A stretch of DNA of 64,000 nt from Bacillota bacterium. Its GTDB lineage: Bacteria; Bacillota; Peptococcia; Peptococcales; BICA1-8. A program made the translations under genes and the position numbers. The stretch's first letter is position 1. Every line of letters begins with the position of its first letter. Below the pieces are notes generated by a model. It was not told the origin of the DNA. It was given only the letters and a program-made list of their open reading frames with translations, and made no database searches. The stretch spans positions 12,985-76,984 of the forward strand of contig JBMOKT010000008.1 of the NCBI GenBank assembly GCA_049323895.1, in the 5' to 3' direction. Positions 34,522 to 44,030 of this stretch are shown here, in pieces.

Positions 34522-35847
34522 CTATTCTTTTATTACTCGAAGAGTTTTACCTTGAGGTCTGGGGACTTTTCGAACAAGCTCGAATTCACAAGGAATACCA
34601 ACGGCGAATTCCATTTTGCTTGCTAATTTATCAGCCAATTCAGAAGTAGGCTGTACTCCTGCAGCCAATTCTGTACAAATTTTTAATTTATCGTTATTTC
34701 CTTCTTTAATAATAAATTGATACCAATTTCCTACTTCCGGCATGCGCATTAAGAATTCCTCCAGGTAGAAAGGAGAGAAATTAACCCCACGAACTATTAT
34801 TTCATCTACAACTCTGCCTCGCATGTACAGTCGAGGAAAATTAACACCACAACTGCACCGTTCTAAATCAATATAGCCCAAATCCTGAGTGCGGTAACGT
34901 ATCAATGGTGTATCAAGTCTAAGAAGGTTGGTAACTACTATTTCTCCAATTTGCCCTGGCTCTAAAACTTTATTTGTTTTAGGGTCAATTATTTCAACAA
35001 TACAGTGGGCAAGAGGAATATGGTAACCGTCGTGAGCATCACATTCAATACCTATAACACCTGCCTCTAACGATCCATAGTAGAAATTTGCTTTTGTCCC
35101 CCAGATTTTTTCTACCCTATTGCGAAAAGCTGGAGAACACCCTTCCCCGGTTAAATATATTTTCTTTAGAGGAAGACTTGAAAGTTTAAAATTTTCTTGG
35201 ACAGCAGCTTCATAAAGAGTCATAGCATATGAAGGTGTGGTAATAATTATGTTGGGCTGTAGATCATGTAATAATTTTATGGATTTTTCAGGAGTTGAAT
35301 ATGCCCCGCCTTTACCCGCAGGAATAACAGTAGCCTGGCAGCCATCCATAAATACCTTATGGAAGGATAGTCCGGCTGAACTCATTTCATAAGGCAAAGC
35401 ATTAAAACATATATCTCCAGTATTAATATCAAACAAACCGGGATATGCAGGTGCCAAGTCATGTAAGTATAAATCTCGCCACGAGTACATGATGTAAATC
35501 TGTTCACCGCCGGTAGTTCCGGTAGACACATGAATAAGACTAATATCTTTTTTATCACAGGCTACCAGAGCCCAAGGATTACCCCTTAGTTCATCTTTAG
35601 TAGTAAATGGCAGTTTTACTAAATCCTTTATGTTTTTTATATCCTGTGTTCTAACTCCAGCATCAGATATTTTTTTTTGATAAAAGTCTGTACCCCTGTA
35701 TGCGCTATTGACTATTTCCTTAAAGGCAGCACTTTGGAATTCTTGAATTCTTGCCAAAGGTAAGCTGTCTGCCGGAACGTTAAGGTAACGGGTCATAAAA
35801 TGAGCCACTCTTGTATTCTTTATTTTTTTGTCATATTTTGAAAACAT
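34522..35847 (-). CDS. PaaK/F390-synthetase-like adenylate-forming ligase, copy 1
   Basis: 441 aa. LPFTTKDELR and HVSTGTTGG motifs of the phenylacetate-CoA ligase family. Confidence 0.7.
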   Translation of the reverse strand: MFSKYDKKIKNTRVAHFMTRYLNVPADSLPLARIQEFQSAAFKEIVNSAYRGTDFYQKKISDAGVRTQDIKNIKDLVKLPFTTKDELRGNPWALVACDKKDISLIHVSTGTTGGEQIYIMYSWRDLYLHDLAPAYPGLFDINTGDICFNALPYEMSSAGLSFHKVFMDGCQATVIPAGKGGAYSTPEKSIKLLHDLQPNIIITTPSYAMTLYEAAVQENFKLSSLPLKKIYLTGEGCSPAFRNRVEKIWGTKANFYYGSLEAGVIGIECDAHDGYHIPLAHCIVEIIDPKTNKVLEPGQIGEIVVTNLLRLDTPLIRYRTQDLGYIDLERCSCGVNFPRLYMRGRVVDEIIVRGVNFSPFYLEEFLMRMPEVGNWYQFIIKEGNNDKLKICTELAAGVQPTSELADKLASKMEFAVGIPCEFELVRKVPRPQGKTLRVIKE

Positions 35848-35853
35848 ATTTTC

Positions 35854-37875
35854 TCACTCCTCAATATCAATGTCCACCAGTTTTTTATAAGGAGAATCAC
35901 TATTTATCGCTAACAACTTTTTCCACGTTTTCTGGCATTTCTTTACGCCGCCCGTATTTTGGTATAGATTTCCTAAATCATAGAGTACTCGGCAGTAAAG
36001 CTCTTCAGATATCTCACTTTTTCCCTGCTCGTATGCGTTTTTGACAAAGCGCAAGTCTTTGATTGCCTTCTCTGAAAGCGGGAAGAATGCATCTGGTAAA
36101 GATGCTAACAAATACCCCCGCAGTAAACGCAGCTGAACATTTGTATTGTCCTTACTAATTGCTTGTTTTAGCATGTTCATGCCTTTTATAGCGTTGCTAA
36201 ACATAAGGTTGGAGTCATTGGAATCACGGCCTAAAAGGGCTATGGAGCTTGCATAATAACCCAAAACTACAGGATCTTCAGGATAAATTTTGTTAAGTCT
36301 TTCAAAAATATCATGGGCTTTTTTAGTAGCTTTTTTATTCCCGGCCACCCCAATATCATGGAGGTGTATACCCTCTTGCAGCAATTTTTCTTTAGTATTT
36401 AGAGAAGCTATTCTACTATCTATATCCCTGAAGTCAATTTGCTGCTGTTTTTCAATTAAATCATGATATTTATCATATGGTGTCTGGGATAACAGTTTAT
36501 CCCAGATAATTGCTGCTTCTTCTTCCATATCTAAACGTCTGTAGCAAATTCCCAAATCATATAAAATGCGCCAATATGTATCTCTGGGTAGTATCTGATC
36601 ATTTTCTTCATATTGCTGTACCATATATTCAAAGTCAGCGATTGCTGTTGCCGTACGCCTAAAGAATCCTTCCGGAAGCCTATAGCTGTGATAGGCTCTT
36701 ATTTTTCTGATTTCTATATTATCCGGACTATAATTAACTGCTTGATCTAAGAGTTTCATTGCTTTTATTGCATTTTCAAACATGATCATAGGAACCTTAC
36801 TATCTCTTCCAGACATGGACAGGCAGTCAGCATAATAAGCAGTAATAAGTTCATTATGGGGATTAAGTCTATGGGCATTTTCAAAGTACTCCAAGGACTT
36901 GACAACTGCTTCTTTATCTCCGCTAAGAGCAGCAGTATACATCTTTATACCTTCTTCCAAACCAAAAACAGCTTCATCATTTTCACCAGCAATACCTATT
37001 AAATTATCTTTGGCGACATCATCTGTCTCATAAACATTATTATCTGGCAGCTTTTGGACAGTCTCTTGCAGCAAGATATTTTTCTCTTCTAAAATCTCCC
37101 CTAGTCCCTCATTCTTTAACATTTTCATATAGTTAATATCACTAGTAACATCTATGAGCTTTAGCCATGTTTTTCTTGCTTCTTCAACTTTGTTTATATT
37201 TTTATAGGCAATACCTAAATCATAAAGTAAATTCCAGTAGAAATTTTGGGAAAAACTACTTGGGTTTTCCTCATAGCGGGAAATAAGATAGTTAAAATCT
37301 TCTATAGCTGTTTTAGTACGATGAAAATACATTTCCGGCAGGTTATAACATACATGTGCCCTCAAGCTGCGATTCTGAATATTATCGGGTTGAGAATTAA
37401 TAACTTGGTCAAGTATTTTTAATCCTTCCAGCGTCTTGTTCATTCGTTCTGTAGGATTTATTGCATCTCTGCCTAGCATGGTAGTAATGGAGCCAAGATA
37501 CCCCCAGGCTTCAATATTTTCCGGTTCATGTTCAACAAAGTCGCTTAGTAGTTTATAAGCCTGGATTACCGCCTCTTTATCACCTTGAATTCCAAGCTCG
37601 TGAAGCTTTATAGCTTCTTCTAACATATCTGGTCTGTTTTTTTCTTCGTTAACTGAATATTCTTCTACGATCTGCCCTCCGTCCTCAACCTTAGGGGGAG
37701 CTTGGGTAATATCATCCGTTACACTTAAAGATTGCTCTGAAAAATCCTCAGTTACAGTTTGCCTACTATCTACCCAATCCTGAAATTCTATTTTTTCATC
37801 AGATTGTTTTTCTGCATTAATAAATCCAATAGGCCATAAAAAAACCTTTTGTAATCCCTGAAGATTATTCTCCAT
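35854..37875 (-). CDS. Helical (TPR-like) repeat protein built from three roughly 190-aa paralogous modules
   Basis: Start moved to the ATG at 37875 (GGAGGG 8 nt upstream). Three modules are each recognisable by ...GDKEAV...LGRD...NAIKxMxxLDQAV...YDLGxxY...W.KLL. Confidence 0.6.
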   Translation of the reverse strand: MENNLQGLQKVFLWPIGFINAEKQSDEKIEFQDWVDSRQTVTEDFSEQSLSVTDDITQAPPKVEDGGQIVEEYSVNEEKNRPDMLEEAIKLHELGIQGDKEAVIQAYKLLSDFVEHEPENIEAWGYLGSITTMLGRDAINPTERMNKTLEGLKILDQVINSQPDNIQNRSLRAHVCYNLPEMYFHRTKTAIEDFNYLISRYEENPSSFSQNFYWNLLYDLGIAYKNINKVEEARKTWLKLIDVTSDINYMKMLKNEGLGEILEEKNILLQETVQKLPDNNVYETDDVAKDNLIGIAGENDEAVFGLEEGIKMYTAALSGDKEAVVKSLEYFENAHRLNPHNELITAYYADCLSMSGRDSKVPMIMFENAIKAMKLLDQAVNYSPDNIEIRKIRAYHSYRLPEGFFRRTATAIADFEYMVQQYEENDQILPRDTYWRILYDLGICYRRLDMEEEAAIIWDKLLSQTPYDKYHDLIEKQQQIDFRDIDSRIASLNTKEKLLQEGIHLHDIGVAGNKKATKKAHDIFERLNKIYPEDPVVLGYYASSIALLGRDSNDSNLMFSNAIKGMNMLKQAISKDNTNVQLRLLRGYLLASLPDAFFPLSEKAIKDLRFVKNAYEQGKSEISEELYCRVLYDLGNLYQNTGGVKKCQKTWKKLLAINSDSPYKKLVDIDIEE

Positions 37876-38136
37876 AAACAAATCCCTCCTTGTATTTTTG
37901 TTATTATTAAAAATTACCAAATCTTCTATTACAAAATATTCTTTAGTAATTTTTTTGTGATAAAAAAGAGTTAAATATATATTCTAATCAGCAATTTTAT
38001 ATTCTTATAATTCATTTTCTTAAAATTAGATAAGATTGATGAACTTATTCACCTTTCTTTATTACAGCCGCAGAATATAATAAGCTATTATAGATAAAAT
38101 ACCCAATGCTACCAACCGCTGGTAAAATTATACGTA

Positions 38137-38164
38137 AAATGGGAGTTATAAAAACTCCCATTTT
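38137..38164 (-). terminator. Intrinsic terminator after aroA'
   Basis: AAAATGGGAGTtataaaaACTCCCATTTT (bidirectional form). Confidence 0.7.
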
Positions 38165-38193
38165 ACTTTACCTCAGCATATCTTAAATACTAT

Positions 38194-38988
38194 TTAAATT
38201 ACGGCTATTTCTTGCAGCCTTTCTTTTGGCATATCTTCATCTATAACTTGGCGAATAAGGCTGGCAAGGTGTGTGGGATTGTAATGCTGAAATACATTTC
38301 TGCCTATGGAAACCCCTTTTGCGCCAGCTTTAATTGCATCAGAAATCATTTCCAAAAGACTATAGGTTGAATTTACTTTCTGCCCCCCTGCAATTATTAC
38401 CGGGACCTTAACAGCTTGAGTAACCTCTTGGAAGGTTTCAAGAGAGCCTGTATAATGGACTTTGATTAGGTCGGCCCCAACTTCTTCTGCAACACGGGCG
38501 GCATGTTTAATTTTTACAGGATCAAATTCATTTTCTTTGATGCCATCTCTAACATACATCATTGCTAAAAGAGGCATTCCCCATTGGTCACAATACTCGG
38601 CTATTTTACCCATGTCTTTAAGCATTGAACCTTCAGAAATTCCTCCGAGGTTAACGTGTACTGAAACTCCAGTTGCTCCAAGCTTAATTGCATGCTCTAC
38701 CGATGAGACCAGTTCCTTACTATTTGGTACAGGGTCTAGAGCAGTAGAAGCAGATAAATGTACAATCAGTTCACATTTCCCGGCTTTTAACTCCCCGACA
38801 ATCTGCTTAACCAGACCTTTATGAACTATGACTGCATCAGCTCCACCTTCTGCAACCATTTTAACCATTCCCGGCATATCCGTTAAGCCGGCAATAGGAC
38901 CTACCGTAATACCATGGTCCATAGGTACGGTAAATAACCGCTGAGAATGTTTAAACAATTTATTCAGCCGCATCTCTTTTCCAGTCAC
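38194..38988 (-). CDS. aroA': 2-amino-3,7-dideoxy-D-threo-hept-6-ulosonate (ADH) synthase, class-I aldolase family (archaeal-type AroA')
   Basis: 264 aa. [12 protein letters not shown]...[11 protein letters not shown]...GADLIKV.YTG...GRNVFQH closely parallels my recollection of M. jannaschii MJ0400. Adjacent to DHQ synthase II. Confidence 0.75.
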   Translation of the reverse strand: MTGKEMRLNKLFKHSQRLFTVPMDHGITVGPIAGLTDMPGMVKMVAEGGADAVIVHKGLVKQIVGELKAGKCELIVHLSASTALDPVPNSKELVSSVEHAIKLGATGVSVHVNLGGISEGSMLKDMGKIAEYCDQWGMPLLAMMYVRDGIKENEFDPVKIKHAARVAEEVGADLIKVHYTGSLETFQEVTQAVKVPVIIAGGQKVNSTYSLLEMISDAIKAGAKGVSIGRNVFQHYNPTHLASLIRQVIDEDMPKERLQEIAVI

Positions 38989-39068
38989 TTGTATTTACCC
39001 CCATTTAATTTTCATTTTCTAAGGACTATTGATTACTAGCACTGACTTATATTTCTCCACTCGCCTAT

Positions 39069-40193
39069 TTATTTTTCAATTATAGTTTCTTTGATTTTAA
39101 TACCCACATGTCTGCCTGCCTCACAGCTATAAGCTAATAGTTTTGTTCCAGGCTTAATTTCAGTTGCATTTAAAGGTTTCCCTTCCGCACCCATAATTCT
39201 AATATGCCAATCATCCTGAACCACTACGCTAATTTCCTTATTTTCCACTTCACCTTTGATTAGGAGTAACGGTCTGACTTCTATCTTAACCCTTCCCACA
39301 CTTAACTCCCTAGTTTCACCTTGAGTATTTATACAAAGAACTTTACTGCCCGCTTTTAAATCGGTAAGGTATTCTGCCTTATCCTCGGGCATCCAGACAT
39401 ATGAATGAACAGCCCCTGCATTTACCCTGAAAGGACGTAGGTTCATATAAGGCAGATAGTGGGTTTCCGAACAAACAAAAATCCCCCCGTTAGATGTAGA
39501 TCCAATTAGCATACCTTCATCCTGAGTCATTAAGCCTGTAGTATCTATACAAGCTCTTGCACCCATACCTATATGTTTTACCTCGGTAACTACAAGATGT
39601 TGTAAATCAATATGGTGAATTGCCTGACCTGCAAGATAATCACTTGTTTTTATAATTTCTGATAATTGAGAAGTAGCTAACAGTACCCCATCACTTCCCT
39701 GCTCCATTACTCCTAATGCCACCTGTAAACCTTCGAAAATAGTTTCCCGCTTTAACAAAACTGTCCTATCTTTTTGCAGCCTAGCAATAATCAATTCCAA
39801 AGGGATATTTGTCGGCAGATCAAAATCTACCACTGCATAATCATATTTTTCCGCTTCTTGCCAAGCAGCTTCTAAAGCATCGCGATTAGAAATAAAAAGA
39901 GAAAGACATGTTTTGTATCCCCGCTCCTTTGCCAAGTCTAAAAGTTGTTGATTTGTGGACATTACTATTTCCTCTTTGGGGATACCTTCCAACTCCGCCT
40001 TGTCTTCTATAAATATCATAAATTCTGTTTTTAGTGGGAAGTGTCCGTCCTTGAGTTGAATTGGAGTTATTAAAACTTTATCAATATTAGAGTTATTAAT
40101 AAGCCCCCAAATATCTTGCCGTTCCAGAGATATTTCTCGTCCATCAAACCAGATATTATTTAACTGGTATCCCTTTTTCTTAAAACTTGTCAT
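39069..40193 (-). CDS. aroB': 3-dehydroquinate synthase II (archaeal-type AroB')
   Basis: 374 aa. RPFRVNAGAVHSYV, GRVKIEVRPLLLI and a C-terminal GIKIKETIIEK parallel MJ1249-type DHQ synthase II. Confidence 0.8.
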   Translation of the reverse strand: MTSFKKKGYQLNNIWFDGREISLERQDIWGLINNSNIDKVLITPIQLKDGHFPLKTEFMIFIEDKAELEGIPKEEIVMSTNQQLLDLAKERGYKTCLSLFISNRDALEAAWQEAEKYDYAVVDFDLPTNIPLELIIARLQKDRTVLLKRETIFEGLQVALGVMEQGSDGVLLATSQLSEIIKTSDYLAGQAIHHIDLQHLVVTEVKHIGMGARACIDTTGLMTQDEGMLIGSTSNGGIFVCSETHYLPYMNLRPFRVNAGAVHSYVWMPEDKAEYLTDLKAGSKVLCINTQGETRELSVGRVKIEVRPLLLIKGEVENKEISVVVQDDWHIRIMGAEGKPLNATEIKPGTKLLAYSCEAGRHVGIKIKETIIEK

Positions 40194-40373
40194 ATTTTCA
40201 TCCTTTCTAACAATTAAATAGCCTTATAACAATAGTTTATTTCCAAACCTATATTGTGGTTCTTAAACAAATTAAATTAGGATATTATTTTGCCAAACTT
40301 TAAACGAAAAAAGCTACCAACTAAAGTAATTTTCTCTAATAGCAAATACCATATTTTGGAGGTAACATTTTAC

Positions 40374-40477
40374 TTAGAAAACACAGTTTACACCGAGCCT
40401 TTAGCGACTGCGGAAGCCGATGTTGCTCTTATACTTATTACCTTGTTAAAGTTATACTTTTTGGATAAGTACAAAAA
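40374..40477 (+). repeat. Family-C conserved element, copy 2 (most diverged)
   Basis: ttagaaaacacagtttacaccgagcctttagcgactgcggaagccgatgttgctcttatacttattaccttgttaaagttatac... Confidence 0.85.
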
Positions 40478-40518
40478 AATCCCTTACCACTTTAATAGTG
40501 ATGCGGGATATTGCTTTA

Positions 40519-41775
40519 CTAAAGTTTTATGGGATTAAGATAAGTTTTCTTTTTCATTTCATCTAACGTGTAAATATAGCGAGGTTTACCAACTTCGGCT
40601 ACTTGAAAAAGCTCATTTCGGTTATAAATAGTTCCTTTAGGAACTATTTCTATTTCTAATTTAACCTTATATTTTTCTTCCAAACTATTGATTAAGTCAA
40701 TATCTACAGTATCTCCCCTTTTTTCTTCTTCCACTACGAATTTTAATCCTTCAGGGTTTGGTCCGACTATCCAAAATCGTTGGCAGGGGAAGTGGGAAAC
40801 GATTTCTGTCAAATCCCAGCAATCCAAAGTCCGGCTACCAAATTTAATTATGTCACTGCAACGTCCGTGATGTTCAAAAGAATATTCCTGACCGCAAGGA
40901 CATTGCTCGGGTATTATTCTAGCCCTATCTCCGGTCAGATACCTAATAATCGGTGCCGCCTGTTTCTTCAGAGTTGTAATTACAAGATTACCGGTTTTAC
41001 CAGGTTCCAATTCAGTAATTAAATCATCATCTAAAATTTCAAAAATACACTCATCCTCTGAAATATGATGCCTTCCTAATTGACAGCTAGTTGATGCAGA
41101 ACCTATTTCTGTCATTCCAAAATTATCGGTAATAGGTACTCCCCAGATACTTTCCAGTAATTTTCGTTTCCCAGCAGTAAGTGGTTCTCCCGCTGTAAAA
41201 ACAACTCGCAGGTCAGGAAAATCTTTAGCAGGTTCTAGTCCCATAATTTCTGCAGTTTCAGCTAAGAGAAGAGCCTGTTGTGGTAAACCGGCTAAAACCG
41301 TAACCCTTAGTTTTTGCATTAAATCAATTACTCTTGTAAAGGGGGTGATGGTAGTCCTAGAGCTTGCAGGAATAACACATGCACCTTTTGCTTGAGCAGC
41401 AAAATGCAAGTTGTGTGCAATGGAAGATATTGCATAGGGAAATCTTATTAAAACAGTATCATTTTTTGTAAATTCAAGTCCACCAGAATTAATATTTTTA
41501 GCATGTAGACGAATATCTTCTTTTGTTAACCAGGTAGAAATAGGTCTGCCTGTAGTCCCAAAGGATTCATGATACTGATAAAGCCTTTTATGTGGAACAC
41601 ATACTAAGCCAAAAGGTGAGCTTTTCCTGAGGTCTTCTTTGGTAGTTAAAGGAATTTTCTTAAATTGCTCGATGGAATTTAACGGTTTATCAGGAAGACG
41701 TTCACCATAAAAGGGTGCTTTTCGGCAGTGTTCAATAAGCTGATTTATGACCGTTAATGTATTTTTATGTACCAT
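40519..41775 (-). CDS. PaaK/F390-synthetase-like adenylate-forming ligase, copy 2
   Basis: 418 aa. IPLTTKEDLRK, HESFGTTGRP and related family motifs. Confidence 0.7.
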   Translation of the reverse strand: MVHKNTLTVINQLIEHCRKAPFYGERLPDKPLNSIEQFKKIPLTTKEDLRKSSPFGLVCVPHKRLYQYHESFGTTGRPISTWLTKEDIRLHAKNINSGGLEFTKNDTVLIRFPYAISSIAHNLHFAAQAKGACVIPASSRTTITPFTRVIDLMQKLRVTVLAGLPQQALLLAETAEIMGLEPAKDFPDLRVVFTAGEPLTAGKRKLLESIWGVPITDNFGMTEIGSASTSCQLGRHHISEDECIFEILDDDLITELEPGKTGNLVITTLKKQAAPIIRYLTGDRARIIPEQCPCGQEYSFEHHGRCSDIIKFGSRTLDCWDLTEIVSHFPCQRFWIVGPNPEGLKFVVEEEKRGDTVDIDLINSLEEKYKVKLEIEIVPKGTIYNRNELFQVAEVGKPRYIYTLDEMKKKTYLNPIKL

Positions 41776-42079
41776 ATTTACCTCCTTAAAAAATCATCTC
41801 CCCTATAACGTGTGGGGAATACTGCTTTTTTCTCTTTTTTAGATAATATTCCTAACCTAACTAATTGATGATATTATCTATAAACATATCTTCGTCTTGT
41901 TTTTAGTAAACCTGCCAATTTTTAAGATAAGCAAAGTAATATTCACAATATGAAATAATTAAAGCAAATTTTAAGTACTTAACATAATTTATATTAGAAG
42001 AATTGTTCCTTACTATTTAAGAAAGGAGTAATAGAGCATTAATGACCAAAGAGGACAAAAAAGAAACGAGGTGAATAAA

Positions 42080-42361
42080 ATGAGCAAATCTAAGATAATA
42101 CCCAAAGAAGGCATAAAAAAAGTCCTCCAAGAGTTGGAGACAGCAGGAGCCTTAGAGAAATTGAAGGGAAACAATATTAAATCATCTGCCTCTAGGAACG
42201 GAAAACCAAAAATAGATTTAACCCTTGTCCGTGAGTTTGTTCAAACAATTGAACAAATTGCCGCTTCAGAGACACGGGAGCTAACAAAGGATGAGTTTTT
42301 AAAAGCAATGGAAGCTATAAAAGAATCCCTTTTCAGCCAGCTTGACAATCAAAAAAAATAG
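42080..42361 (+). CDS. Small hypothetical helical protein
   Basis: Track ORF 42071..42361. The ATG at 42080 is preferred (GAGGTG 6 nt upstream). Confidence 0.45.
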   Translation: MSKSKIIPKEGIKKVLQELETAGALEKLKGNNIKSSASRNGKPKIDLTLVREFVQTIEQIAASETRELTKDEFLKAMEAIKESLFSQLDNQKK

Positions 42362-42518
42362 ATTGTTAAAAACCAACACTGTAGATATTAATGTAAGGAA
42401 ACCAGGAGACGAAAATCCAGTTGCTGTGGATACTGCTTAAGCTGGATATTAGTTGACTGGTATTTTCTTTTTTGCAACACATACTCTAAATTAATAAAAA
42501 CTTCAGTCTTGATATATT

Positions 42519-42549
42519 AAAGAAAATAAGCGAGCCCTAGAGGGCTCGC
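42519..42549 (-). terminator. Intrinsic terminator downstream of the 51-aa ORF
   Basis: Minus sense: GCGAGCCCtctaGGGCTCGC followed by ttattttcttt. Confidence 0.7.
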
Positions 42550-42579
42550 AAGTGAAAATCTCTTAGAATAATATTAGAT

Positions 42580-42735
42580 TTAATTATTTTTGGCTTTAAA
42601 TGCCTCAGGATTTAACTGCTTAAACATTTCCCAAACTGCATTGGTTACTTCCTGCCCTGGCTTCTCCCCTTGTGAAGATTTTAAAACTGTATCGGTAAAA
42701 TTACCTATAATAGATTTGAATTGTTGTTTATCCAC
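42580..42735 (-). CDS. Untracked small protein (51 aa): VDKQQFKSIIGNFTDTVLKSSQGEKPGQEVTNAVWEMFKQLNPEAFKAKNN
   Basis: My own translation. GTG start with GGGAGG 7 nt upstream. Followed by a good terminator. Confidence 0.45.
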   Translation of the reverse strand: MDKQQFKSIIGNFTDTVLKSSQGEKPGQEVTNAVWEMFKQLNPEAFKAKNN

Positions 42736-42921
42736 TTCTTTTCCTCCCTTCTTTGCAACTTTCGAGTAATATTATTTACTGTTTTCTTAGATTTTTAAAT
42801 GATCTATATCTCTAATATAATAATATTCCAAATCAATGTCATGAGTGATTATAGTTTATAAAATCTATTATTTGAAGGCTAAATTTAAATAAAAGCTAAT
42901 GTACCATGAATCAGCACTAAT

Positions 42922-43971
42922 TTATTTTGCACCAATCTTAGAAGTCATTTGAACCAGACCTTCAGTCCACTTAATAGTTGTCTGAACAGGTCGGCTGACA
43001 GCCCATCCTGGTTTAGTGGGTAGTAGCAAATATTTAATTCTATCAAACTCAGAAAAAACTCTGACAGTCCCGGAAACTAAATCTTTATGCAGGTCAATGG
43101 AAATGCTGAAATCCACTTCATTATCATTATCAATTAATATTGGGAGCGATGGATTAAACTTAAGAGAAAAACGTCCGGTCTTGCTGTAATCTCTAATGGA
43201 GGTAAGAAGTATTTCTTTTACATGCAGACGACCATTAACTTCCTCAGCATAAATCCTCTCATTATTTTGCTCAATAATTAAATTATTTCCTTCTCTTTCT
43301 ATTATTTTATAAATCTTCACCAAAGGTCCATAATGATATTTCCAGACTTCACCTATAGAAAAGCCATTGGGTCGCTTAACCAGGTTGAGATTTTGGGATA
43401 CTGTCCTAAACACACCTAGGCTGAACTCCTCAGAATAGTAGCCTTCCATACCTGTAAAAAAAATTGGAATCCAAATTTTTCTAGGAATTTTATATTCACA
43501 ATTGTTAAAAAAAACGCTACTGCGCGGACTAGCCAGAGTACTTCTTTCTCTGTACATAATAGGTAAAGAAGTTTTTTTTGAATGTTCCCTAGGATTTATT
43601 AAACCATTATATTTAGTAGAGGGTTTTCCGGCACTATAAAAATTTAAATTTATATTTTCATTATTTATTGCTCTGAATTGCAAATTAATATAAGGCTTAC
43701 CCTTATCTGTTAATTTAACATATTTAATCTCTGAAAATATGGTTTCCCTCATAGCCTTTGTATCTGACATTTGCTCATTATTAATATAGTCAATCTGACT
43801 TTGGTCATGTCTGGTTAAAATCACTCTAATTAAGGAACTATTATTTCCATCCTGAATCATAGCCTCGATCGCTTCATATTCAGGATGATTTTCAAGATAT
43901 AACATAATATGAATATCATTGCGGTTAAAAATTATTGAAAAAGGCTGGATGAAAAAATTATCTGCTTTCAT
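42922..43971 (-). CDS. Hypothetical protein (349 aa), no family recognised
   Basis: ORF track. AGGAGG-like sequence upstream. Lies downstream of the DUF401-like membrane protein on the same strand. Confidence 0.55.
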   Translation of the reverse strand: MKADNFFIQPFSIIFNRNDIHIMLYLENHPEYEAIEAMIQDGNNSSLIRVILTRHDQSQIDYINNEQMSDTKAMRETIFSEIKYVKLTDKGKPYINLQFRAINNENINLNFYSAGKPSTKYNGLINPREHSKKTSLPIMYRERSTLASPRSSVFFNNCEYKIPRKIWIPIFFTGMEGYYSEEFSLGVFRTVSQNLNLVKRPNGFSIGEVWKYHYGPLVKIYKIIEREGNNLIIEQNNERIYAEEVNGRLHVKEILLTSIRDYSKTGRFSLKFNPSLPILIDNDNEVDFSISIDLHKDLVSGTVRVFSEFDRIKYLLLPTKPGWAVSRPVQTTIKWTEGLVQMTSKIGAK

Positions 43972-44030
43972 TATATTCCTCCTCTACTTATGCTTTCTGT
44001 TGGAAATGTCATTGGAATTTTCTTCTTGCT

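Noticed and set aside
40290-40538. Plus-strand 82-aa ORF covering repeat C2, and the idea that family C encodes a peptide (…EPLATAEADVALILITL…).
   Set aside because: The same frame has no start codon and early stops in copies C1 and C3. The clustered differences in C2 are non-synonymous. There is no SD. The ORF exists only because copy C2 happens to lack stops.
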